Origin: Squalus acanthias
Taxonomy: Eukaryota
DNA length: 64,000 nt
Assembly (NCBI GenBank): GCA_030390025.1
Contig: CM059432.1
Coordinates: forward strand, 2,976,001 to 3,040,000
Direction of reading: 5' to 3'
Shown here: positions 12,898 through 25,049 of the stretch, in pieces
How the letters are laid out: each line of letters starts with the position of its first letter
Position numbering within the stretch: position 1 is the first letter of the stretch
Program-made: the position numbers and the translations under genes
Notes under the pieces: generated by a model
The model's input: only the letters and a program-made list of their open reading frames with translations
Databases searched by the model: none
What the model was told of the DNA's origin: nothing

Positions 12898-13311
12898 AAC
12901 CCTTATTAATTAATTCTCATTAATAATAAATAAATTATAACTTTTTCTTTTTTTGTCTGTCAACTTTTGAGAATCATGATTCTTTCACATTTACCACTCT
13001 GTATATCTAAAATAATCAGACCATTGGGGTGAAAAAAATCAGTACTTTGAGTTTGGGTCTGAGAATAGCGTGTTTTTAAATGGCAGACAGTTCCATTTTA
13101 TGGGAGGACTGATCATGCCTGTGCGAACATAATGAAGCTTGACTTCACACTGGGCGCATGGACAGGAGAACCATTTGAAGAGAGCCCCTTTCATATCTCT
13201 GCAACTTCCTCCAGCCTTACAACCCTCCAAGAAATCTGTGTTTCTCCAATTCTGGCCTCTTGTGCATCTCCGATTTTCAGCCGTCTAGGCCAGAACCTGA
13301 GCTCTGGAATT

Positions 13312-16300
13312 CATAAGAACATAAGAACATAAGAAATAGGAGCAGGAGTAGGCCAATCGGCCCCTCGAGCCTGCTCCGCCATTCAATAAGATCATGGCTG
13401 ATCTGATCCTAACCTCAAATCTAAAGAACACAAGAAGTAGGAGCAGGACCCGGCCACTCAGCCCCTGGGCCCGCTCCGCCACCCACAGGGCCCTGACCGA
13501 TCCGAACTCAGCCTCATGTCCAATTTCCTGCCCGCTCACCGTAACCCCTAATTCCCTTTACCTCTAGGAAACTATCTATTTCTGTTTTAAATTTATTTAA
13601 TGATGTAGCTTCCACAGCTTCCTGGGGCAGCAAATTCCACAGACCTACTACCCTCTGAGTGAAGAAGTTTCTCCTCATCTCAGTTTTGAAAGAGCAGCCC
13701 CTTATTCTAAGATTATGCCCCCTAGTTCTAGTTCCACCCATCCTTGGGAACATCCTTACCGCATCCACCCGATCAAGCCCCTTCACAATCTTATATGTTT
13801 CAATAAGATCGCCTCTCATTCTTCTGAACTCCAATGAGTAGAGTCCCAATCTACTCAACCTCTCCTCATATGTCCACCCCCTCATCCCCGGGATGAACCG
13901 AGTGAACCTTCTTTGTACTGTCTCGAGAGCAAGTATGTCTTTTCTTAAGTATGGACACCAAAACTGTATGCAGTATTCCAGGTGCGGTCTCACCAATACC
14001 TTATATAACTGTAGCAATACCTCCCTGTTTTTATAATCTATCCCCCTAGCAATAAAAGCCAACATTCCGTTGGCCTTCTTGATCACCTGCTGCACCTGCA
14101 TACTAACTTTTTGATTTTCTTGCACTAGGACCCCCAGATCCCTTTGTACTGCAGTACTTTCCAGTTTCTCGCCATTAAGATAATAACTTGCTCTCTGATT
14201 TTTCCTGCCAAAGTGCATAACCTCACATTTTCCAATATTGTATTACATCTGCCAAATCTCCGCCCACTCACCCAGCCTGTCTATATCCCCTTGTAGGTTT
14301 TTTATGTCCTCCTCACTTTCTACTTTCCCTCCCATCTTTGTATCATCTGCAAACTTTGATATGTTACACTCGGTCCCCTCCTCCAAATCGTTAATATAGA
14401 TTGTAAAGAGTTGGGGACCCAGCACCGACCCCTGCGGAACACCACTGGCCACTGGTTGCCAGTCCGAGAATGAACCATTTATCCCAACTCTCTGCTTCCT
14501 GTTAGATAACCAATCCTCCACCCATGCCAGAATATTACCCCCAATCCAGTGATTTTTTATCTTGAGCAATAATCTTTTATGTGGCACCTTGTCGAATGCC
14601 TTCTGGAAGTCTAAATACACTACATCCACTGGTTCCCCTTTATCCACCCTGTACGTTATGTCCTCAAAGAACTCAAGCAAATTTGTCAGACATGACTTCC
14701 CCTTCATAAAGCCATGCTGACTTTGTCCTATTAAATTATGTTTATCTAAATGTTCCGTTACTGTCTCCTTAATAATAGACTCCAAAATTTTACCCACCAC
14801 AGATGTTAGGCTAACTGGTCTATAATTTCCAGCCTTCTGCCTACTACCCTTTTTAAATAAGGGTGTTACATTAGCAGTTTTCCAATCTGCCGGGACCTTT
14901 GCTGAGTCCAGGGAATTTTGGAAAATTATTACCAAAGCATCCACAATCCCTACTGCCACTTCCCTCAAGACCCTAGGATGTAAGCCATCAGGTCCAGGGG
15001 ATTTATCCGCCTTGAGTCCCATTATTTTACTGAGTACCAATTCCTTAGTGATTTTAATCGTATTTAGCTCCTCCCCCCCCTAGAGCCCCCTGTTTGTCCA
15101 GTGTTGGGATATTCTTAGTGTACTCTACCGTAAAGACTGAAACAAAATATTTGTTCAGCATTTTTGCCATCTCCATGTTTCCCACCATTAATTTCCCGGT
15201 CTCATCCTCTAAGGGACCTACGTTTGCCTTAGCCACCCTTTTTCTTTTTATATAACTATAGAAACTCTTGCTATCTGTTTTTATATTTTTTGCTAATTTA
15301 TTTTCATAATCTATCTTTCCTTTCTTAATCAATCCTTTAGTTACTTTTTGCTGTCTTTTGAAGACTTCCCAATCTTCTATCCTCCCACTAGGTTTGGCTA
15401 CCTTATATGTCCTTGTTTTTAGTCGGATACTATCCTTAATTTCTTTACTTAGCCACGGATGGCTGTCATTTCTTTTACACCCTTTTTTCCTCAGTGGAAT
15501 ATATTTCTTTTGAAAGTTGTAAAGTAACTCCTTAAATGAACACCACTGCTCATGTACCGTCTTACCCTTTAATCTATTTTCCCAGTCCACTTTAATCAAT
15601 TCCGCTCTCATACCATCATAGTCTCCTTTATTCAAGCTCAGTATGCTTGTTTGAGAACCAACCTTCTCACCCTCTAATTGGATATGGAATTCAACCATGT
15701 TATGGTCACTCATTCCAAGGGGATCCTTAACTAGGACATTATTAATTAATCCTGACTCATTACACAGGACCAGGTCCAAGGTTGCTTGCACCCTTGTAGG
15801 ATCAGTTACATACTGCTCAAGAAATCCATCCCTAATACACTCAATAAACTCTTCCTCAAGGCTGCCCTGCCCAATTTGATTTGTCCAGTTAATATGATAG
15901 TTAAAATCCCCCATAATTATAGCTGTTCCCTTATTACATGCCCCAACTATTTCCTGATTAATACTTCTTCCAGCAGAGTTGCAACTATTAGGAGGCCTAT
16001 ATACTACTCCCACTAGTGTTTTTTTCCCCTTATTATTCCTTATCTCCACCCAAACTGTTTCATTATCCTGATCCTTTGACCCAATATAATTTCTCTGTAT
16101 TACAGCGATTCCTTCCTTTATTAACATAGCCACCCCACCTCCCCTTCCTTTTTGCCTGTCCTTCCTGATTGTTAAATACCCTGGCATATTTAGTTCCCAG
16201 TCGTTGTCACCCTGCAGCCATGTTTCTGTAATGGCCACAAGATCATACCCATACGTAGTTATTTGTGCCGTTAACTTGTCCATTTTGTTACGAATGCTAC

Positions 16301-17430
16301 GTGCATTCAGATAAAGAACTTTCAAATATGTTTTGTGACACTTAGTTCCTGCTTTTTCCTTTTTTAACACTTTACCCTTTACTCCATACCTTCTGTCTCT
16401 TCCTGACACGCTTTCCTCTGTCTCCCTGCTCAGGTGCCCAACCCCCTGCCACTTCAGTTTAAACCCTCCCCAACAGCATTAGCAAACACTCCCCCTAGGA
16501 CAGCGGTCCCGGCCCTGCCCAGGTGCAGACCGTCCGGTTTGTACTGGTCCCACCTCCCCCAGAACCGGTTCCAATGTCCCAGGAATTTGAATCCCTCCCC
16601 CTTGCACCATTCCTCTAGCCACGTATTCATTTGAAATATCCTCCTATTTCTACTCTGACTAGCACGTGGCACTGGTAGCAATCCTGAGATTACTACCTTT
16701 GAGGTCCTATTTTTTAATTTACCTCCTAACTCCCTATATTCTGCTTTTAGGACCTCATCCCCTTTTTTACCTATATCGTTGGTGCCTATGTGCACCACGA
16801 CAGCTGGCTGTTCGCCCTCCCCCTCCAAAATGTTCTGTAGCCGCTCCGAGATGTCCTTGACCCTTGCACCAGGGAGGCAACACACCATCCTGGAGTCTCG
16901 GTTGCGGCCGCAGAAACGCCTATCTATTCCCCTTACAATTGAATCCCCTATCACTATAGCTCTTCCACTCTTTTTCCTCCCAGCCTGTGCAGCAGAGCCA
17001 CCCATGGTGCCAGGAAGTTGGCTGCTGCTGCCTTCCCCTGATAAGTCATCCCCCCCAACAATATTCAAAGTGGTATATCTGTTTGAGAGGGGGATGTCCA
17101 CAGGGGACCCCTGCACTCCCTGCCTGCACCTCTTACTCTGCCTGGTGGTCACCCATTTACTTCCTGCCTGTACACCCTTTGCCTGCGGTGTGACCAACTC
17201 GCTAAACGTGCTATTCACGAGGTTCTCAGCATCGCGAATGCTCCAATATGCATCCAATCGCAGCTCCAGCGCCGTAATGCGGTCTGCCAGTAGCTGTAGC
17301 TGGATACACTTCCCGCACACATGGTTGTCAAGGACACCGGAAGGGTCCCTGATTTCCCACATAGCACAGGAGGAGCATATCACGGGGCCGAGCTCTCCTG
17401 CCATGACTTACCCTTTAATTAATTCAAATT
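13312..17430 (-). mobile_element. Near full-length CR1 LINE in AQP4 intron 4 (ORF1 zinc finger/SGNH esterase; ORF2 APE-RT with one frameshift and one nonsense codon)
   Basis: ORF1 16454-17404 (CxxC...CxxC, GDSIVRG, HIGTND, DGLHL), APE 15054-16409, RT 14243-15040 and 13514-14218. Tail is (TTCTTATG)n. Confidence 0.95.
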
Positions 17431-17564
17431 AAATTAAAACAAATCGGGGTGGGGGGGGCGGGGGTAATTTAGGGAACATTGGCCATGAAAGGGAATTCTT
17501 TTTTACTACAATGGTGAGTGAGATGAAAAGATAAAGTGGCTAAAATTAGCTCCTGAACTTCTCA

Positions 17565-18030
17565 AAAGCAAAATACTGTGAAGCTCAATGTAAGCTCGAG
17601 GAACAGCGTCTCATCTTTCGATTAGGCACTTTACAGCCTCCCGGACTCAACATTGAGTTCAACAGTTTCACATCATAACCTCTGCCCCCATTTTTTTGGA
17701 CAGCAGGTGCTGATTCTGCCATTCCCACTGACACCTCCTCTAGAGCCATCTTTTGTTTCTTTACTTGTCCCATTACCATCTCCTTTTGCCTCGCACCATC
17801 ATCCCTTTTGTCATTTAATCTCTCCTGCCTTCCACCCTATCACAGACCTTCCCTTTTGTTCTTTCCTCCCCTCCCGCCTTTCCCTGCCCCTACACCTGCT
17901 TAAAAACCTGTTACATCTCCAACTTTTTCCAGTTCTGATGAAAGGCCACCGACCTGAAACGTTAACTCTGTTTCTCTCTCCACAGATGCTGCCTGACCTG
18001 CTGAGTGTCTCCAGCATTTTCTGTTTTTAT
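17565..18030 (+). mobile_element. Penelope-like retroelement 3' remnant
   Basis: Encodes KLEEQRLIFRLGTLQPPGLNIEF, typical of a Penelope GIY-YIG C-terminus. Has the characteristic tail CTGATGAAAGG...GAAACGTTAACTCTG...GATGCTGCCTGACCTGCTGAG and a 14-bp flanking duplication TCCTGAACTTCTCA. Confidence 0.8.
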
Positions 18031-18174
18031 TCCTGAACTTCTCATCTATTTTCCTTTTGAAGCTGTGTGGCTCTATTTTGAATTATTTTGATGTGGATAT
18101 GTGGTGATTATAATCGAGGAGGTTAATTATCAATGAATCTTACACCACAATAAGTACTTGTAGTAGGACACACT

Positions 18175-18928
18175 GGACTGGATTTTGAATGACCCATGGA
18201 GTCGGGTTTGGAGGCGTGTGGGGGGTTAAATTTGCGGGGTCGGGGTTTCCGACCCCATCCCGACTCCATCCTGCCTCCACGCAATTTTGACAAAATCAGT
18301 CGCGGGGTTCCTGACTCCAAGAGGCGGGAGAGGCCATTAAAGCCCTTAACAAGCTCTAAATTGACTCTGTAATGCCATTTTGAAACGTTTTAGCTAGTTT
18401 AACCCTTTTCTGACGTGAAGTACGCCTGGTGTGAAACACTCCAGTGAAACCTGGCGGGAGCACAAGTGGACAGCTGACTATCAGCTGCAGGTCCACTATT
18501 ACAACGGAGATGTGATGAAGGTAGTAGTAGTATTAGGTCTGAAAGTCGCCGCTGCTGCATTGAATGTGTTCAGAGACTGCCTGGCCTTTGCTGTGAGAGG
18601 ACTTGGATGCAAAAAGAATTCTCTCTCTCTCTCTCTCTCTCTCTCCTCCCCCCATATTTTGCATCCAGGTCCACTCACATCAAAAGCAAGCCAGGCAGGT
18701 CCTCTCTCACCAACAGTCTCTGAGACTAGGCAGTCAGCAATGATGACATCATCAGAGGCGACTTTCAGACTGAAACCACTAATTGGTTCATGGGTTCCCA
18801 CATGCTGGAACTCAATTGCCCAATTAAGTGAAAATTGCATCATTCATCCACATTAATCTGGAGTCGGGGGGGAAACACGAAATGCGGATTACACGACCCC
18901 AACCCGACCCCAAGACAAAATCCAGCCC
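18175..18928. mobile_element. Harbinger-like MITE
   Basis: TIRs GGACTGGATTTTG and CAAAATCCAGCCC, 3-bp TSD ACT, internal (CT)n. Inverted copy at 52852-53578. Confidence 0.85.
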
Positions 18929-19362
18929 ACTGTCTACAGTGAGTCATTGCATACTGATAGTAACTAATATGGAGTGTCACAATGTTCAATGTTCACCATT
19001 TCTGCTTCTACAGCATTCAATTGGCAAAAAAACAGAGGGGGAGATGAGGAGAATTTTTTTTAACGCAGCGAGTTGTTGTGATCTGGAATGCGCTGCCTGA
19101 AAGGGCGGTGGAAGCAGATTCAATAGTAACTTTCAAAAGGGGAATTGGATAAAGATTTGAAGCGGAAAATATTGTTGGGCTATGGGGAAAGAGCAGGGGG
19201 GAGTGGGACTAATTGGAGAGCCCTTTCAAAGAGCTGGCACAGGCACGATGGGCCGAATGGCCTCCTTCTGTGCCATATCGTTCCATGAGCTGGGCAATAT
19301 GCATCATTTGAATTAGCCCTGAGTTCTCTTATTGCTGCTAATGATAGGTGACTAATAATTAC

Positions 19363-19443
19363 CCAATGGTTTTCCCATTTCCCTGTGATAACGGCAGGTC
19401 CAAATGATCGAGCAGGGTTCATACTAGCGCCAGTGTAGTTAAT
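19363..19443 (-). CDS. AQP4: AQP4 exon 4 (loop E, second NPA, ar/R arginine)
   Basis: TTCAG acceptor and TGG|GTAATT donor. 81 nt encoding [27 protein letters not shown]. Confidence 0.97.
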
Positions 19444-19537
19444 CTGAAGCAGAGAGAAGAGAGTTAGCATGAACTGAAAACTACAGGTAGCTTTCAATCA
19501 ATCGCAGTCTATTTCAAGGTGGGCTCGAAAGACTTAC

Positions 19538-19701
19538 GGCAAACATGTGTCCAATGACGACAGAGAGACCAATCGCCAAAGCTGCCGAGCCTTGAGGTCA
19601 TCACGTTTAGAGTCACAAGTGGCAAAGATGGTAAACACCAGCTGGAATGTTATAAACAGTTCAACCAACAGACCATGGCCCGCTGAAAGCTTTTCATTTA
19701 T
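19538..19701 (-). CDS. AQP4: AQP4 exon 3 (TM4-TM5); carries an apparent 1-nt deletion at about 19590
   Basis: TACAG acceptor and GCC|GTAAGT donor. Reads [37 protein letters not shown], then in a shifted frame (G)[17 protein letters not shown]. Length is 164 nt where 165 is needed. Confidence 0.93.
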
Positions 19702-19949
19702 CTGTAATATTAAGATGAAGATTGCAGCCGCGACTGCGTTATAATTCATAGTTTTACTTGAGTACACAGTTTATTCTGTATCTACATACTTAATGAAATA
19801 AAAAGCTAAAAGTTTTTTCTGATTAGAAAGAAAGAAAGAAAGACTTGCATTTCGATAGCGCCTTTCACGACCTCAGGACGTCCTACAGTGCTTTACAGCC
19901 AATGAAGTACTTTTAAAGTGTAGTCACTGTTGTAATTATTGTAACTATT

Positions 19950-20527
19950 GCCTTTGTTTCCTCTAGACTTGACTATTCCAACGCACTCCTGGCCGGCCTC
20001 CCATGTTCTACCCTACGTAAACGTGAGGTCAACCAAAACTCGGCTGCCCCGTGTCCTAACTCCACCAAGTCCCATTCGCCCATCACCCCTGTGCTCGCTG
20101 ACACACATTGGCTCCCGGTTAAGCAACACGTCGATTTCAAAATTCTCATCCTTGTTTTCAAATCCCTCCATGGCCTCGCCCCCCCTCCCTATCTCTGTAA
20201 TCTCTCCAGCCCTACAACATCTCGAGATATCTACGCTCCTCTAATTCTGGCCTTTGAGCATCCCTGATTTCAATCGTTCAACCATTGGCGGCCGTGCCTT
20301 CAGCTGCCTGGGCCCTAAGCTCTGGAATTCCCTCCCTCAACCTCTCCGCCTCTCTTTCCTCCTTTAAGACGCTCGTTAAAACCGACCTCTGTGACCAAGC
20401 TTTTGGTCACCTGCCCTAATATCTCCTCATGTGGCTCGGTGTGAAATGTTGTTGATAATCGCTCTGTGAAGCGCCTTGGGACATTTTACTACGTTAAAGG
20501 CACTATATACATACAAGTTGTTGTTGT
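19950..20527 (+). mobile_element. L2 LINE 3' fragment inserted into a Deu-type SINE
   Basis: L2 C-terminal remnants and the tail GTTAAAGGCACTATATAC...GTTGTTGTTG. SINE sequence flanks it on both sides (about 19830-19940 and 20528-20730). Confidence 0.8.
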
Positions 20528-20730
20528 AATGTAGGAAATGTGGCAGCCAATTCGGCACAGCAAACTCCCACAAACGGCAATGTGATAATGACCAGATAAT
20601 CTGTTTTAGTGATGTTGGTTGAGGCTAGGACACCGGGAATAACTCCCCTGCTCTTCTTTGAAATAGTGCCATGGGATCTTTTATGTTCACCCGAGTTGGC
20701 AGATGGGGCCTCGGTTTAACGTCTCATGCG

Positions 20731-22380
20731 AAACATAGAAACGTAGAAGATAGGAGCAGGAGTAGGCCATTTGGCCCGTCGAGCCTGCTCCGCCATTCAA
20801 TGAGATCATGGCTGATCATCCAAATTCAGTACCCTGTCCCTGCTTTCTCCCCATATCCATTGATCCCTTTAGCCTTAAGAACTATATCTAACTCCTTCTT
20901 GAATATATTTAATGATTTGGCCTCAACTGCCTTCTGTGGTAGAGAATTCCACAGGTTCACCACTCTCTGGGTGAAGAAATTCCTCCTCATCTCAGTCCTA
21001 AATGGCTTACCCCTTATCCTTAGACTGTGACCCCTGGTTCTGGACTCACCCGCCATCGGGAACATCCTTCCTGCATCTAGTCTGTCTAGTCCTGTTAGAA
21101 TTTTATAAGTTTCAATGAGACCCCCTCGCATTCTTCTAAACTCTAGCGAGTATAAGCCTAATCGACCCAATCTCTCTTCATACGTCATCCCTGCCATCCC
21201 AGGTATCAGTCTGGTGAATCTTCGCTGCACTCCCTCCATGGCAAGAACATCCTTCCTCAGATAAGGCGACCAAAACTGCACACAATACTCAAGGTGTGGT
21301 CTCACCAAGGCCCTGTACAACTGCAGCAAGACATCCTTGCTCCTGTACTCGAATCCTCTCGCTATGAAGGTCAACATACCATTTGCCTTCTTAACCGCCT
21401 GCTGCACCTGCATGCTTACCTTCAGCGACTGGTGCACAAGGACACCCAGGTCTCGTTGCACCTCCCCTTTTCCCAATCTATTGGAAGTTCAGATAATAAT
21501 CTGCCTTCCTGTTTTTGCACCAAAGTGGATAACCTCACATTTATCCACATTATACTGCATCTGCCATGCATTTGCCCACTCACCCAACCTGTCCAAATCA
21601 TACTGGAGTTTCTCTGCATCCTCCTCACAGCACACTCGCCCACCCAGCTTTGTGTCATCTGCAAACTTGGAGAAATTACATGTAGTTCCCTCGTCTAAAT
21701 CATTAATATATACTGTGAATAGCTGGGGTCCTAGTACCGATCCCTGCGGTACCCCACTAGTCACTGCCTGCCACTCGGAAAAAGACCCGTTTATTCCAAC
21801 TCTTTGGTTCCTGTCTGCCAACCAGTTCTCTATCCAAGTCAGTACCTTACCCCCAATCCCATGTGCTTTAACTTTGCATGCTAATCTCTTATGCGGGACT
21901 TTGTCGAAAGCCTCCTGAAAGTCCAAATACACCACATCCACTGGTTCTCCCTTATTAATTCTACCAGTTACATCCTCAAAAAATTCCAATAGATTTGTCA
22001 AGCATGATTTACCTTTTGTAAATCCATGTTGACATTGTCCGATCCTGTCACTGTTTTCCCAGTGCTCTGCTATTATATCTTTTATAATGGACTCTAGCAT
22101 TTTCCGCTCATTTGCCATTGCCTATCCACCGTCAACCCTTCATGTAACGCTCCCCAATCCATCCTAGCCAACTCGCGCCTCATACCATCATAGTTTCCTT
22201 TATTTAAATTCAGGTCCCTCGTCTCTGAGTCAACTACGTCACTCTCCATCTTAATGAAGAATTCTATCATATTATGATCGCTCTTCCCCAAGGGACCTCG
22301 CACAACAAGATTGCTAATTAATCCTTTCTCATTACATAATACCCAGTCTAAGATGGCCTGATCTCTAGTTGGTTCCTCGA
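20731..22380 (-). mobile_element. CR1 LINE fragment with an internal deletion (AQP4 intron 2)
   Basis: ORFs 20826-21476 and 21489-22118 (FADD), plus an APE piece at 22094-22380. Confidence 0.9.
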
Positions 22381-22489
22381 CATAAAGACGGCACTTCCGA
22401 CAGTGCAGCGCTCCCTCAGTACTGCCCCTCCGACAGTGCAGCACTCGAATAACAGCCTAGATTTTGTGCTCAAGTCTCTGGAGTGAGGC

Positions 22490-22524
<35 letters not shown>

Positions 22525-22637
22525 CACTACCCACTGAGCCACGGTTGGCCATATTGTTCTTAACAGCTGTTGATAATTGACTTCCCACCAGCCCCATGCC
22601 TACCCAACTGGCTAATAGTTTTCTGAGATTGAATTAC

Positions 22638-23046
22638 CATGGTAACGCCTAGTCCGCCCACAACATCTGACGGCGTGATCAGGTAGAGGATTCCTGCTCC
22701 TACAATGGCACCGAGACATTGCGCGAGAATGTAGAAGAATCCCTTGGCCAGGCTGAGCTTCCTGGTACAGACCATGGCAGCGGTTACCACAGGGTTAACG
22801 TGACCCCCACTGATGTGACCAAAGCACTGGACCATGGTCGCGATGCTGAGTCCGAAGGAGAGAGAGATGAGGACAATGTCCAAAGGTCCACCTTCACCGC
22901 TCCAGCCAATGGTGGAACCTAGGCTGAGAAGGACAAAGATGAGCGTCGCCAGGAACTCCCCAGAAACTGCTCTCCAGAACTGCTGCGTCCAGATCCCTTT
23001 GAATGCCGTCATGGCTGCCCCAAAGCTGCACAATGGCGAGCGCTTA
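22638..23046 (-). CDS. AQP4: AQP4 exon 2 (contains the M23-equivalent ATG, TM1-TM3 and loop B)
   Basis: Polypyrimidine tract plus TTCCAG acceptor (AG at 23048-23047) and donor ATG|GTAATT. Length 409 nt. Encodes KRSPLCSFGAA-MTAFKGIW...GHISGGHVNPVVTAAMVCTRKLSLAK...GGLGVTM. Confidence 0.97.
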
Positions 23047-23650
23047 CTGGAAGAAGGGAAAGAAAGGAAAAAGTTAGGACCTTCTGAAATGGAGCTCCCA
23101 AACCAGTAGTCTTCCAGTGAAGCCCTTCGAAAAGCTAGTGGAGATGTGTAAGATACCCTAGTTGTGTAGACATATATACGTAGGATTAGGATTTGGTTTA
23201 ATCTCACATGATTAAAGTTTATGGTTTCTTTTTACTTAATGAAATGATTAAAAGTTGTTCATTCCCAGGACGCTTTAGGGTTTGATTAGTCAGGGTACAG
23301 TTTAGGTGTTTGCTGAAACTACAGGATAAGTTTTGTGTCAAGGTGCCCAAGGCAGTTTTGAGATAAGGAGTGGAACAATGGAGACAGGATGGTAAAGAAG
23401 TTGGCATCTGTTGTTTTGAACGAATACATCTTTTCTGGGGGCTCTTGTTCACAACAACACTTGTCCGGCCATAATTAATTATCACTGACAGTGTTCGTGA
23501 GAAACAGGCTATAAAGATCCTAAGATTTTCTTAACAAGTTGTAGAGAGAGCGAGATGGCTCGGAAAAGGAACAACGAAGGTTACATTTCCACCCGGGGAA
23601 ATCAGGGTAATACCGTCTATTTCTCTCTATCTCTGCTGCTCAAAGACATT

Positions 23651-24402
23651 GGTCCAGATATTCCGATCGCAGGCCTCCCGCGGGCGGAGGGCTGCGATCT
23701 GGAAAAATCTGCGCCCTTCCCTGAAGGCTCCCGGGACGCGCACAATTCCGATGCTGGGCCTCCTCAAACTGCCGGTGCGCAGGGCCCACGTATCCCAGAG
23801 GCGCAGGTAGTTCGCAGCGTCCCTGGGATCACGTGGGCCATGGGGAGCCAATCAAAGAAGGGAATCTCCCTTCATACATTTGACAGGAAGACCTGTCAAA
23901 TATATGAATGGAGATCAATGAAAAAACATAGTAAAACTTTAAATAAATTTTTTTTTTAAATCACATTTTAAAAATTACTTGAAATTACAATAAATTAACT
24001 ATTTTAAACAAAAATTTAAATTTTTGAAAAAAATAATTAAAGTTTTTTACGGGGCTAAAAATAAACGTACCTTTTTTTAAAGTATTTTTAAATGATAAAT
24101 CTGTGAAAAATTTTTTTTTTTACTTTTTTCGACTCTTATCCTGGTAAAAGCAGGCCTTACGCTTTTACGAGGCGCAAGAATTGTAAGTGTTTTCTGTGGG
24201 CAGAGGGTCTCCAAAAAGCGGAACTCTCTGCCCGCAGAGGCCGTTCTCCCGGGCAGCCGGAGGATCTCAAGAGCTTTCTTGACAGATCGGAAATGCCGGT
24301 TTCCAGCGCCTACGCAGTGCATGCCTGAAACCGGCATTTCCGATGTCCCTACGGGTGGGTACACAGCGCGTACACACCCGTAGGGATCGGAATATCCGGC
24401 CC
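23651..24402. mobile_element. Non-autonomous TIR element (Harbinger-like)
   Basis: TIRs GGTCCAGATATTCCGATCGC and GGGATCGGAATATCCGGCCC (17/20 match). GC-rich arms surround an AT-rich core. The TSD is not clean. Confidence 0.7.
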
Positions 24403-25049
24403 AATGTGTGTGTCTGAACTTGGTCGAATACAAATAAACGGAGAACGTCGCCAACCTGTGTCAGAATCGAACTGTTACAGATCTGGCATTTGTCCTTCAA
24501 CTCTAACGAGGCTCCCAGGTGACTGTCAGGGAACTAGTTCCTGTTGCTGCACAAGTGGTCAAGTTGCTTTGCAATTCTGCAATTTCCTCCCCCGTGCGGG
24601 GCGCACTGGGAGGTTTGCCCCTGTGAATGGTTCCCATAGCGCTGTATTATCGGTGCCCCCTTTATCCGTGAGAATCCTGACTCACCCCAGGTGAATGCTG
24701 ACAAAGAACAACATTCTACCCTGAAGAGCAAATGATTTCTCTCACGCTGTCCTGGCCAATATTTAACCTTCATCCTACATGTAAGAACAGATTATCTGGT
24801 CAATATCGCATTGCTGTTTGCGGGAGCTTGCTGTGCGCAATTGGCTGCCACGTTTCCTAAATTACAACAGTGACTACACTTCAAAAAGTACTTAATTGGC
24901 TGTAAAGTGCTTTGGGACATCCTGAGGTTGTGAAAGGCGCTATATAAATGCAAGTTTATTCTTTCTTTCTGAAGACCACATTGTCTTAAATTCAACTTTA
25001 TATATGTTCCAGTCAATTGCTTGTGATCCAATTTTATTTTTAAAGATTA

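Noticed and set aside
13312..13335. Short tandem 8-mers (CATAAGAA, CATAGAAA) that might suggest an array
   Set aside because: These are CR1 3' terminal microsatellites. There are no spacers, so this is not a CRISPR-like array.
23047..23207. In-frame upstream extension of AQP4 exon 2 (MRLNQILILRIY...)
   Set aside because: It starts at GTG and runs through the polypyrimidine tract and acceptor, so it is better explained as intron.
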